Below, in pieces: positions 8,777 through 18,663 of a stretch of DNA of 64,000 nucleotides (position 1 is its first letter; every line of letters starts with the position of its first letter). The stretch is from Spirochaetia bacterium (lineage in GTDB: Bacteria > Spirochaetota > Spirochaetia > SZUA-6 > Bin103): assembly GCA_965208575.1 (NCBI GenBank), contig CBDBOV010000003.1:576001-640000 (forward strand). The letters are read 5' to 3'. Position numbers and translations under genes: made by a program. Under the pieces are notes generated by a model. The model saw only the letters and a list, made by a program, of their open reading frames with translations. It made no database searches and was not told the DNA's origin.

Positions 8777-11620
8777 TTACGTGTTGAAACCTGTGTACGT
8801 GATCGATGAGACCATGCTTCGCTCAAGGATGTTGTGGATCTCCCCTGGGTGCGAACATACACCATGACACCAGCAGCCGAAACCGTTGTACGCGTTCACG
8901 GCTTTGATCCATTCGCCGAGGAAACGTCGTTTGGTTTGGTCTTGTTCGGTTTCCTGACCCTTGGTCTCGAGGATCAGCATGCCGCCAGATCGTAACCGGA
9001 TGAGGAAGTCGGGACGGTACTTGCGTACGACGCCCCGGTGGACGTAAACGATCTCGAAGCCAAGGTGATCGTTCTTGACCCAGGAGGCAACCTCGTGCGC
9101 GTGGTCGAGGACGAATGCATCGGATGCTTCCCAGGTGCTATCGTATACGCAGGAGTTGATGTGGCTGCGGATTGTGTATTCGCAGGGTTTGCCGGTGTAC
9201 CAGGTTCGCATGTCGCCTGTTGAGCGGATCGGGCGGTCGCGGTCGAAGACTGGCTCAAGCCGTTCGGAGTTGGTGTGGCGGATCGCCTCCCACAGATGCC
9301 TGACCAACGACGTCATGTTGAGCGTCACAACGAGGCGGCGTTTGAGGTCGTCCCGCTGGTACACCTTGGGAGTGATGACCATTCTGTCTGAGTGAAGGAA
9401 TTGCTCGATCAGGCGCACGAGTTGTGCGAGGAGCATCGCACGTCCGCCGCGCCACGTTGGTTGGATCTGATCGAATACCTCACCGGCAGTTTCGAAGATG
9501 ATGCGCTGCAACCGGAACTCGCGCGCCAGTTCCGTGAGTTTGATCGGTGCGATGTTGGTGACGTCCGGCTTGCCCTCGACGATCGGAGCGAGTTCGGCGA
9601 GCTGTGCGGTCTTGCTCGCGTCGATCTCCAGAGGCTCGACGGTATCCCAATCCAAAGTTAGGCGTGGCCGATACGTGTGATCGATGCGGACTACATTGGG
9701 CCACGAAATCTCGAACTCTTGCTTCTCCGATACTGGCTCGATTGCGGTTTTCGGCGTTGGCGGCGCTGGCGGACCGTCAGCTCCCCCCTCGTGAGGCAGA
9801 AACGTGAAAGGCACTCCGAAGATATTTACGTACTCCGGTTTGAGACAGCCGTCCGGTGTCATCTCGTCGTAGGACGTACGGCGCAAGCCGCGGCCGACGA
9901 CCTGCTCACAGAGAAGCTGGCTTGTGAACGCGCGCAGGCCCATAATGTGCGTCACAGTCTTGGCGTCCCAGCCTTCCGAGAGCATGCCGACAGAGATCAC
10001 GTTCTGAATGCTCTCGCCTTCAGTACCAACCTTCCCGACAGTATCCACCTGTCGGCGCAGCAATTCAGCTTGTTGTTTCTTCGTCGGCTTACGCCTTGAG
10101 CTGTCGCTTGGGGCTTGTTTCCCGTCACCGCCGTCGAGGTCAGCCACCGGTTCCTCGGCGGCCTCAGCGGCGGAGAGCACTTTCGAGTCAATGTGCAGGG
10201 TGCGCTCAGGATCACACAACTCATCGATACGGATCCGGTGGCGATCGAACGCGTACTTGATTCGCGCAGCGGTCTCGGTGCGGTTGGCCACGGTGATCAT
10301 CACCGGCGGAGTGGACGGCTTGTTTCCCTCTCTCTGCTGGGCCGCCCAACTCCTCGCGATTTCGCGCCAATCGTAGCCGAGCAGATAGTAACCGTTGATG
10401 ACCAGATCCGGCAGAGGTTCCTCGGACTTAGCGCGTCGGTTCAGGTCGTCCTTGACGGCTGCATCGTTGTAAATGTGGTACAGACGTGACTTGTAGCTCT
10501 TGGCGTCTGGTACGGCATCGTCGCGGATGACCACGCGTGGAGTCTTGACTAGTCCGGCTTCGATGGCGTCGTTCAACCCGAAATCGCTGACTATCCAGCC
10601 GAACAGGGCGTCATCGGAACTTCGTTTTCCGGATGGTGCGAATGGCGTGGCGGAGAAGTCATAACAGGTCAGAATGCCACGCGTCCGGTCGATCCGATCC
10701 AGACCGCCAATCCACTTGGTGGCGGCCTCGATTTCTTCCTTCGGAACTCCCTTGACCTTGGACTCGGCGGGAACACGCCAAGCATGGTGAGCCTCGTCGT
10801 TGATGACCAGGATGTTGTGCGCCTTCGCCATGTCTCCGAGTACGTCGCGTACGTAGGCTTCGTCACTCTTGACACCGCGTTTGTCAACGCTACGCCTTCG
10901 CGCAATCCGTTCAGGCGTCTCCCAATTGAGTGCGTGCCAGTTGCGGATCACGACCTTGCCCTGAAGCAGCCTGTCACGCAGCGACGTTGGTACGATGCGG
11001 AACGCGTCGTAGTAGTTCTCGGTATGAGACGGCTCCAACACGGCCAGACGGCTTCGGACCGTGAGGCCGGGAGCGATCACGAGGACGTGCTTGGAATACC
11101 GCGTGTCCTGCGGGTAGGCAACCTTATTCAGCACTTGCCACGCGATGACCATGGCCATGACGATGGTCTTGCCGGTGCCCGTCGCCATCTTCGCGCACAA
11201 CCGCGCGAACGCTCCTCCGTCGGATGGAACCTCCACCCCGACCCTGTCGGCCGGCGGTGCCTCGGCGAGCCAGATCAGTGTCTCCGCGGCCTCCAGTTGG
11301 CAGAAGAAGAACCGCCTCGCCCCGAACTCCTCAGGATCGTTCCAGTAGGTGAGTAGCCGGCGGGTGATCGCGGAGACACCCGGGTATCCGTTCAGTCGCC
11401 ACTGTCGTACGCGCGGGCGGATCCGATTGACCAGCGGGATCTCGATAAACACACCAGGATCATCGAACGCCTTTGAGTCAGCCGATGCGACGACGTAACC
11501 TGCCGGTCGACGCCCGTCGAGCTGATCGAACATCCGGGTCTCACGCTCGTATCGCCAGTAACTCGCCGGTTCCACGTAGGGCGAGTTCACAATCAGCCGA
11601 TCTATCCTCCTGCGAGGCAC
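8777..11620 (-). CDS. res: Type III restriction endonuclease Res subunit
   Basis: KMATGTGKT, INDEAHH, FSATP, MLSEGWD and EQVVGRGLRR motifs; C-terminal YRPDF...LETKG nuclease motif. Confidence 0.92.
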   Translation of the reverse strand: MPRRRIDRLIVNSPYVEPASYWRYERETRMFDQLDGRRPAGYVVASADSKAFDDPGVFIEIPLVNRIRPRVRQWRLNGYPGVSAITRRLLTYWNDPEEFGARRFFFCQLEAAETLIWLAEAPPADRVGVEVPSDGGAFARLCAKMATGTGKTIVMAMVIAWQVLNKVAYPQDTRYSKHVLVIAPGLTVRSRLAVLEPSHTENYYDAFRIVPTSLRDRLLQGKVVIRNWHALNWETPERIARRRSVDKRGVKSDEAYVRDVLGDMAKAHNILVINDEAHHAWRVPAESKVKGVPKEEIEAATKWIGGLDRIDRTRGILTCYDFSATPFAPSGKRSSDDALFGWIVSDFGLNDAIEAGLVKTPRVVIRDDAVPDAKSYKSRLYHIYNDAAVKDDLNRRAKSEEPLPDLVINGYYLLGYDWREIARSWAAQQREGNKPSTPPVMITVANRTETAARIKYAFDRHRIRIDELCDPERTLHIDSKVLSAAEAAEEPVADLDGGDGKQAPSDSSRRKPTKKQQAELLRRQVDTVGKVGTEGESIQNVISVGMLSEGWDAKTVTHIMGLRAFTSQLLCEQVVGRGLRRTSYDEMTPDGCLKPEYVNIFGVPFTFLPHEGGADGPPAPPTPKTAIEPVSEKQEFEISWPNVVRIDHTYRPRLTLDWDTVEPLEIDASKTAQLAELAPIVEGKPDVTNIAPIKLTELAREFRLQRIIFETAGEVFDQIQPTWRGGRAMLLAQLVRLIEQFLHSDRMVITPKVYQRDDLKRRLVVTLNMTSLVRHLWEAIRHTNSERLEPVFDRDRPIRSTGDMRTWYTGKPCEYTIRSHINSCVYDSTWEASDAFVLDHAHEVASWVKNDHLGFEIVYVHRGVVRKYRPDFLIRLRSGGMLILETKGQETEQDQTKRRFLGEWIKAVNAYNGFGCWCHGVCSHPGEIHNILERSMVSSITYTGFNT

Positions 11621-11961
11621 TACTGCGGTCCCGTAGATATCAGTGGTTCAATGAGCGTGAGGAGGTTCGGGACGCTCTGCTGCGAGGTGTTCCATACGAT
11701 GTCCATATCGATGTCGTCATACCCGTGGATCATCCGGTTGCGCATTCCGGTCATTGAGGTCCAGGGGACCTCGGGGTGACCTGCGCGGAACTCCGACGAC
11801 ACCCGACCGGCGGCCTCACCGACAATCTCAAGACGACGGATGACCGAGTCCTGAAGTGCCGTGTCCCGAAGGAATCGGTCACGTTCTACACCTCGCACGT
11901 AGTCAACTATGAGACGAGCTGACAAGACGATGTCGACGAGATAGTCTGAATCACGACTCAT
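11620..11961 (-). CDS. HEPN (DUF86/HepT-like) ribonuclease toxin
   Basis: RRLEIVGEA and GMRNRMIHGY (RxxxxH); overlaps the MNT gene. Confidence 0.9.
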   Translation of the reverse strand: MSRDSDYLVDIVLSARLIVDYVRGVERDRFLRDTALQDSVIRRLEIVGEAAGRVSSEFRAGHPEVPWTSMTGMRNRMIHGYDDIDMDIVWNTSQQSVPNLLTLIEPLISTGPQ

Positions 11962-12280
11962 AGATGACCCGCGCTGATTGCAGTATCGCTCTTCGGCGTC
12001 CTTGATTGTGGCTTCTCTCGATGCCACGTCGACTGACCAGATCCACGTCATGTCCGAATATCGATCGGAGATCTTCCTCCATCTGATGCAGATCGAACAG
12101 CGTATGTTCGGCTTTCTCTCCTAGCGTGACCAGAACATCAACATCGCTCTCGGGGCCAAAGTCATCGCGGAGTACCGAGCCGAACAGCGCGAGTTCGGAG
12201 ACGTCCCAGCGCCTGCAGAACCCGGCAACCTCTGCTTGGCGGGCCTTGATCTCCTCATTCAGGCGCAGGTTTCCCTCCAT
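11951..12280 (-). CDS. Minimal nucleotidyltransferase (MNT) antitoxin
   Basis: LFGSVLRDDFGPESDVDVLV (GS...DxD) and VDLVS motifs. Confidence 0.9.
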   Translation of the reverse strand: MEGNLRLNEEIKARQAEVAGFCRRWDVSELALFGSVLRDDFGPESDVDVLVTLGEKAEHTLFDLHQMEEDLRSIFGHDVDLVSRRGIERSHNQGRRRAILQSARVIYES

Positions 12281-14882
12281 CAGACCCTTGTTCGAGATCC
12301 TGCCACGTCGGCGAGCGGTATCACTTTCAAGCTTTCGATGCCCCGGTCGTCTACGATCTTGACGGCCGCTCGTTCGTGTTCACCGGGCTCGAACGGGAGG
12401 GACACGGTACCGCGGTAGGCTGCAATCCGGTTCTGGTCGATCTCCGCCCTGAGATTGCGTGCGAGCCGCGCCCATCCGTCAGCGTCGCCGGCCATGGGGA
12501 AGAACACCTGACGCGGAAACAGGCTGCGTCCATCGTAGTCGTGATCCAGCATCCACAGGGCGATTCTGCCGGCGCCGCCCGATTCCACGTTACCGCTCCT
12601 AGTGTTGTAGTAGTCGAAGCCGTGGACGGAAGCCCGTAGCTTGCCGGTATCTTCACCCGCTTCGATCCGCTCGATGCCAACATCGGGCTGGCCGATGAGC
12701 CAGAAGCTCTCATTGCTTGTCCGCTTCTTCTTGAGATCGTCGGTGAGCAGGTCGGCATTCATCTGCGCCTTTAGCAGTGTTACACCGGGCCAGTTTGTCT
12801 CGTCGATGTCCTTTGAGGCCTCGGGGTCGAACTGGAACGCGGCGAAGACGATGATCTTGGGCCTGGGAACGAGGCTCTGTGCTTCCTCAATGGCAAGCTC
12901 CACTTGGCCCTGCTCCAGCGGTGCGTGGTCGGGGCCGAACGACACTGCCAGCCGCTGCGGATCGTAGGCTGTGCCCGCATCGCGAATGTGGGCAGCGCCG
13001 GAGGCATCCGGACGTGTGTCACCTTCGGCGTGCAGCCACCGGGTTCCGGGCAGAGACTCAAGCCGCGCGAACGAGATCCGCTGACCTGCCTTGCCGCGGA
13101 TGCCGGTCCTTTGCAGTTCGTCACGCCAATCGCCCTGCCGTAGCGTCGCCCCGGATCGGGCGACCGACTCGTCGGCAGGCGGTGTGTTCTCCACAGTCTC
13201 GTCCAATGGCTTTACCGTTGGTGCGGGAACGGCCTCCACGGTGAACGGTCCAGTAACGCGCGCCTTCCGTCGGTCGACCTCTGGCTGATCGTATAGGGTG
13301 GTCTCCCTCAACGGCTCATCGTACCCCAAAGTGCGAGGTGATACAGCCGGCACTCCTCCGTAGCGAAATCCCGCGCCAACACCTTCGGCAGGATGGGCCA
13401 ACTTGAAATAGTCGAAGTTGGCAGTCATAAGACGTTGGCGCGCAATGGTGATTGCCACCCGCGAAGTGTCGCAGGTTATCCAGCGACGTCCCCACTGCTC
13501 GGCAACCCAGGCAGTCGTGCCCGAGCCGCAGGTCAGGTCAAGCACCAGATCGCCAGGGTCGGTGGTCATGAGGACACACCGTTGGATTGCTTTGGTGGCG
13601 GTCTGAACTACGTAACGCTTGTTCTTCTCAGACATGGGTGAGTGCCAAATGCTGTTGATTCGGCGTCCCGGTATTTCCGACTCATACCGCTTCCAACTCA
13701 GCCGAGCATCGTCTCCTGCAGCGTCGAGACGATTTAACTCTGAGAGCCGATCAATACCCTCGTGCGAGATCGCCCAGTGCCGATCATCGCCGCACGGGAA
13801 AAGTCGTCCCTTCCAATTGTAGGGTTCTGAGCGTCCGGTCTGTGACGCGCCCTGAGAATCAAGAGGCATGCGGCGGTATATTCGTGCATCTTCTGGTAGA
13901 TACTTGTCGGGATCAAATCGCTCTTGGGGTTGCAGTTGCGACACTCTCCGTCTGGCAATTCGACCATTGCATAACTACTGAAAAAGTCGACGATCTCTGC
14001 CCGGCTCAGCGATTCGTAGAGCTGTCGGTACTTTGATTGCTGTCGATCCTTCGCGTACCAAAGAAGATAGTCTGCGACTTGTGGCAGCGTACTGGCCGAA
14101 CTGTCGCCAGTAGTCGCGTAGGAGATAGTAGCCATGCGGTTCGCTGCGCCAAAGATCTCGTCGAGTACGACAGCCGCGCGATGAACATTCTCATCTCCGA
14201 TCTGCACGAAGCAGCTACCGCTCACGTGCAGCAGATCACGTGCTAGTAGCAACCGGTCGCGGAGATAGGCAAGATACGAGTGAATGCCGAGCTCCCAAGT
14301 GTCCCGGAATGCGCGTATCTGCTCCGGCTCGGCGGTAAGGTCGTCATCTCTTCCGTCCGTGACCTCGCGTCGATTCACGAATGGCTGGAAATTCGATCCG
14401 TAGCGGATGCCGTATGGAGGATCGACATACACCATCTGCACGTGCCCGGCGAGGCCTTCCTTCTCAAGCAGGCTATTCATCACCAGCATGCTGTCTCCGG
14501 CGATGAGACGGTTGGTCCAGTTGTGCCGGTGGCGGTAGAACTCGATCGCTTGACGGATTGGCGGATTCGCCGCGGGTTCTTCGAACAACGAGAGCTGTGG
14601 GTCCGCACCGTTCCGCTGGCGGACGGCCTCAACGACGGAGCGTGGGTCGATGCGTTCGTGCACATGCAGGGAGACCGTGGGCACCTCGAACGACGTGTGC
14701 TCCGCCTTACCGGCCCAGGACAGCTGCGGATCGAGGTATGCGTCATGGGCGTAGCTCACTCGCGCCGATTCGGGGTCGGTGGCCGGCGTGACCAAACCGA
14801 CAGGTGGATTGTTGGTGCGGTCCTTGCCGGCATGCGCGTAGTTCTCGATAGCGCGCTTGGTCTTCCTAGCTCGGTGCGCCAC
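12280..14882 (-). pseudogene. mod: Type III R-M DNA methyltransferase Mod, split by a frameshift near 13935
   Basis: N-half (GTG 14882) carries VYVDPPY; C-half (ORF 12280-13944) carries VLDLTCGSGTT. One added A in 'cgc aa ctg' rejoins the frames. Confidence 0.85.
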
Positions 14883-14990
14883 TAATCCCTCGTCTATCTC
14901 GTAACAGGGTGAACAAAACAACAGGTCGCCACCCATGTAGATGACAGAACCAGCTCGGACGTGAGAAGTCGAGGTCGTTCATGACCGATG

Positions 14991-15620
14991 TCAGAGATCT
15001 ACTTGACACGAAGTCCCTTCGTCCTTGGTCGGGAACGTGTACATATTGTAGAGTCCGTGGGTCCTCTTTCTTACAAAAAAATTAATCTTAACACTGTAAA
15101 GATTCGATAGCTTGTTGAGTACGTCTCTAACGTCTTTATTTTCCATTGATCCATCATCTTTTTTAAACATTAGATGGTAGAAAGATACCAGGGCCGCGGC
15201 ATCATCGACACGAATGGCCACGCTAGGACCGGCAAACGACAGAATCTTAGTTTCTCTGAATAGTCGCTCTGCGAGGAATTTATTCGCCATCTCACACGCC
15301 GCAACAAATAACCTCGTATTGTATAGGCAATCTCGAAGTATAGCACTCAGTGCCGGATTGGAGATCGTTTCGAATGTCGTGTCAATTCCACATTCATTTG
15401 CGTGGCAGGCAATGTGCAGGTATCGGTAACTAGATATGCGGAAGAGTTTGGCGATCTCTTGCAGCTCGCGGTGCGTACGGATATAGAAATATTTCGTATC
15501 TTTCTTTCCCGATAGAGTAAGCATCCGTGAGATTATGTCACCCTCTTGTATGTGCGCTTCTTCATCTTGGATTCGGAGAGACTCGATGATGAATAACTGT
15601 GGTAGCGACTTCTTCTTCAT
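14991..15620 (-). CDS. Hypothetical protein with caspase/CHAT-like His-Cys motifs
   Basis: YLHIACHA...RLFVAAC resembles CHAT LHxxxHG...LxxxAC; AT-rich. Confidence 0.5.
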   Translation of the reverse strand: MKKKSLPQLFIIESLRIQDEEAHIQEGDIISRMLTLSGKKDTKYFYIRTHRELQEIAKLFRISSYRYLHIACHANECGIDTTFETISNPALSAILRDCLYNTRLFVAACEMANKFLAERLFRETKILSFAGPSVAIRVDDAAALVSFYHLMFKKDDGSMENKDVRDVLNKLSNLYSVKINFFVRKRTHGLYNMYTFPTKDEGTSCQVDL

Positions 15621-15690
15621 TGGTAACGTACCCTTTCCTAAGCACGCGGCACTGCTTGTGGCGGTGCGTCTCGGCCATTGAATCGTTGAC

Positions 15691-16364
15691 TCAGCGACTA
15701 ATCAGATCCCAAAGGTTCACTTGAGCAGACGACACACCGCTCCGATTTCTTGGAGTCCACACCCTAGTCACTGCGTTTGGACTGATCGGCAGTCTGACGA
15801 CAAATGCATTCCTGAACATTGTTCGATAACGACCAAGAAGGATCAGATCGTTGGCATGATGTGCTCCGATTACATTCACATCGTGGACGGCCAAGTCGCA
15901 CATTGCGATGCGAAAGTCCTGACTCTCACTGGCCCAAGCTTTTTTCGCGTAGCGTAGGACCTTAGTGCCATAGACTCGTTCCAACACTGGCTGTGCTCGT
16001 ACGGGATCACCTAGTTGAAAGACCGAATACAGGAAATCTCGACCATCGATCGCGACTAGGCGCTCAGATGCTTCGAACTCAATCATCACCGGGGTATCGT
16101 TGGTTTCGTTGAGGTTGTGTTGCCAAGCATAGTAGGATGCCCCGTATGGTTCTCCACACGCACATATGGCAGGTGCGGAGTCTTGCCCTGTTCGCGTGTC
16201 GGACAAGCTCAAGTCATCATTCGCGTACAGCGCATCAAGGTCGCCGGGGCGGCTGTATTCCATCGGCCACGCCCCTTGTCCCGGTTGGAGCCCAGTTCGC
16301 CGTATTGTGTCGATCGTGCTCATCGCGCTTGCCGATGGAACAGCTATGCCTCGAAAAACCGCAC
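15691..16364 (-). CDS. Hypothetical protein, possibly ADP-ribosyltransferase-like; apparent frameshift just after the start
   Basis: ORF 15691-16323 extends upstream in frame as FRGIAVP. A GTG at 16364 with a GAGG RBS comes into frame if the T5 tract were T6 (MRFFRG). Confidence 0.45.
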
Positions 16365-16568
16365 TAGTTCAAACCTCTACCAAACGAACGGGTCGCCGGA
16401 GTCGCCGCCTGCGACTTCAACACACGTCCGGGGCGACCTCGGTCGCAATCTAATAGGAAATTGCCAACAGCGTCCACATACAGCACTAATGGTGCGACTC
16501 ACAAGGGCTGGCGAGTAAGCCAAGATGGGCGCGGGGAGTTGTTTGGTGATGGAGCCCGTGGACTAGCT

Positions 16569-16960
16569 AGGTGAAGATCGTCAAGGACCTCGGCCGTACC
16601 ATCAATCCCACCGTGGACCGCGGCCAGGTGGAGGGCGGCCTTGCGCAGGGCATGGGCTGGATGACCATGGAAGACCTGCAGTGGGACGCGCAGGGCCGCT
16701 GCCTGTCCCACGCCCTGTCCACCTACAAGGCCCCGGACGTCTACTTCATGCCCGACGACATGGCCGTGCAGTTCCTGGAACCGGAAGACAACCCCTACGG
16801 CCCGCTCGGCGCCAAGGCGGTCGGCGAACCGCCGCTGATGTACGGCATCGGCGTCTTCTTCGCCCTGCGCAACGCCATGAAGGCCTTCCGCCCCGGCGCC
16901 GACCTCACCCTCGACGCCCCCATGACTCCGGAACGCCTCCTTCTCGCCCTGCACGCTTGA
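16569..16960 (+). pseudogene. xdhB: Displaced xdhB 3' fragment (right repeat copy), ends LHA-stop
   Basis: 129-aa ORF differing from the XdhB C-terminus at 7 residues over the repeat; preceded by an in-frame TAG. Confidence 0.95.
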
Positions 16961-16995
16961 GAGGTGGGAGGCAAGTCCCGGAGCCAGGCGCAGTG

Positions 16996-18516
16996 CTACT
17001 CGACCGCCTGTAGGCGGCCCTCCACGACGGGGGCGACGGAGCCGCGGGCGGCGATGTAGTCGATGACCTGGCTGGCCATCAGGGTGCCGGCGTTGGCGTC
17101 CACGAGGCGCACCTGGTCTTCGAGCACGTCGTAGCCGTCGCCGCCGCCGGCCATGTAGTCGTTGGTGGCCAGGGTGTAGGTGGCGTCCAGGTCGAGCGCG
17201 GCGCCGTCGCGGGTCACCGCCAGCACGCGGTCGCCGGCCGCCCGCCCGGCGTCGAAGCGCACGGCCAGTCCGGCGACGTGCGGGAAGCGGCCGGCGCCGT
17301 CCTCGATCTTGCTGAAGCCGTTCTCCAGCGCCGCGACGATGTCGTGGCCGGTCATTTCCAGCACCACGGTCTTGTTGCCGAACGGCAGCTCGCTCAGGAT
17401 GTCGCGCCGGGTCAGCGTGGTACCGGGCTCGTAGATCCGGTTGGCGCGGATGCCGCCGCCGTTGGTCAGCGCGATGTCCGCGCCGGTTGCCGCCCGCATG
17501 GCGTCGGCGATCAGGTTGGCGATGGCCGCCTCCTTGCCGCGGATCGTCTCCCGGCGGCTGTCGAGCTCGGTTGCGGTGGTGCCGATCTCGACGTCGAGTT
17601 CCTCGGACAACTGGTCGAGGTAGACCTGGGCGGCCGCGGCCAACTCCGCGTCCGGCGCCACGCGCGCGGTGTTGATGATCCGGAACGCGGGGCTCCAGGT
17701 AAAGCGCATGCTGCCGCGCCGCTCCACTTCGTCCAGCGTAAGGTCGATCACCGTTACCCAGTCCGCCTGCTCGCCCGATTCGGCGAACAGCGTGTCGCCG
17801 TTGAAGTCGACGCGCAACTGGTGGTCGTCGCCGCTCAGCAGCAGGTCCACCGCGCCCTGCCGCAGCAGCGCGCGGTCCTCCGAGGTGTCGGTGTGCGCGA
17901 GCGCGATCACCAGCTCGGCGCCCGCCTCGCGCAGCGCCGCACTCTGCTCCGCGGCAACCTCCTCGACGTCCCGGAAGGTGACCGAGCCGGGGCTCGACTT
18001 GACCGCGGTGCCGAGCGTGGTGAGTCCGAATATGCCCACCTGGAACGGGCCGACGTCGACCAGGATCGACTCCTGCGCGCCGTCGATGATCTCGCCGTCG
18101 CTGTCGATGTTGTTGGCGCCGAGCATCGGGAAGTCGGCTTCCGCGATGCGTTCCATGGCGACCGCCGGGCCGAAATCGTACTCGTGGTTGCCGATCGCCA
18201 TGGCGGTGAGGTCGAGCTGGTTGAGCAGTTCGATCATGTGCGCGCCCTGGTCGAAGCCGGACATCAGCGACGGCGAGATGGCGTCGCCGGCAAAGGTGAC
18301 GATCACGTTGTCGTGCATGGCCCGTTCTGCCTTGATTACCGCCGCCAGCCGCGCCACGCCGCCCTGGCCGCCGCTCTCTTCCATGCGGTCCAGGTCGTTG
18401 AAGTGCACGATGGTCAGTTCGACCGGCGCGGCGAACAGGTGGCCGGCAGTCAAGAGCAGGGCGGCCAGTGCGGCAGCCGCTACCGCTCGCGGTCTCTTCG
18501 CTACAGTGGTGTTCAC
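16996..18516 (-). CDS. Secreted 5'-nucleotidase / bifunctional metallophosphatase (UshA-like)
   Basis: Signal peptide; IVHFND, AGD, IGNHEYD, NGGGIRA, LPFGN and GGGDGY motifs. Confidence 0.9.
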   Translation of the reverse strand: MNTTVAKRPRAVAAAALAALLLTAGHLFAAPVELTIVHFNDLDRMEESGGQGGVARLAAVIKAERAMHDNVIVTFAGDAISPSLMSGFDQGAHMIELLNQLDLTAMAIGNHEYDFGPAVAMERIAEADFPMLGANNIDSDGEIIDGAQESILVDVGPFQVGIFGLTTLGTAVKSSPGSVTFRDVEEVAAEQSAALREAGAELVIALAHTDTSEDRALLRQGAVDLLLSGDDHQLRVDFNGDTLFAESGEQADWVTVIDLTLDEVERRGSMRFTWSPAFRIINTARVAPDAELAAAAQVYLDQLSEELDVEIGTTATELDSRRETIRGKEAAIANLIADAMRAATGADIALTNGGGIRANRIYEPGTTLTRRDILSELPFGNKTVVLEMTGHDIVAALENGFSKIEDGAGRFPHVAGLAVRFDAGRAAGDRVLAVTRDGAALDLDATYTLATNDYMAGGGDGYDVLEDQVRLVDANAGTLMASQVIDYIAARGSVAPVVEGRLQAVE

Positions 18517-18663
18517 GTGGTGAGTCCTCCGTGTTGGTTGGTGGGTCGGGATGATTGGAATCTAATGATTTCCGAGGTCGATCCGCAACAACTTCGACCG
18601 AGCCCCTCCCCGCGTGAGCCGGCGATGACCGGCGGGTGAGTGTTGCGCCGGCGCGGCGGGTCG

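Larger units (their letters stand above)
6618..16568. mobile_element. Defence island bounded by duplicated xdhB 3' end; no integrase seen
   Basis: Visibly lower GC than the flanks, all genes on the minus strand, R-M/TA cargo, flanking 386-bp direct repeat. Confidence 0.85.

Noticed and set aside
13925-13945. Phase-variable simple-sequence repeat in mod
   Set aside because: Only scattered CAAC units, no true tandem tract.
6232-16960. Diversity-generating retroelement TR/VR pair
   Set aside because: Mismatches are not adenine-specific, are mainly synonymous, and no reverse transcriptase is present.
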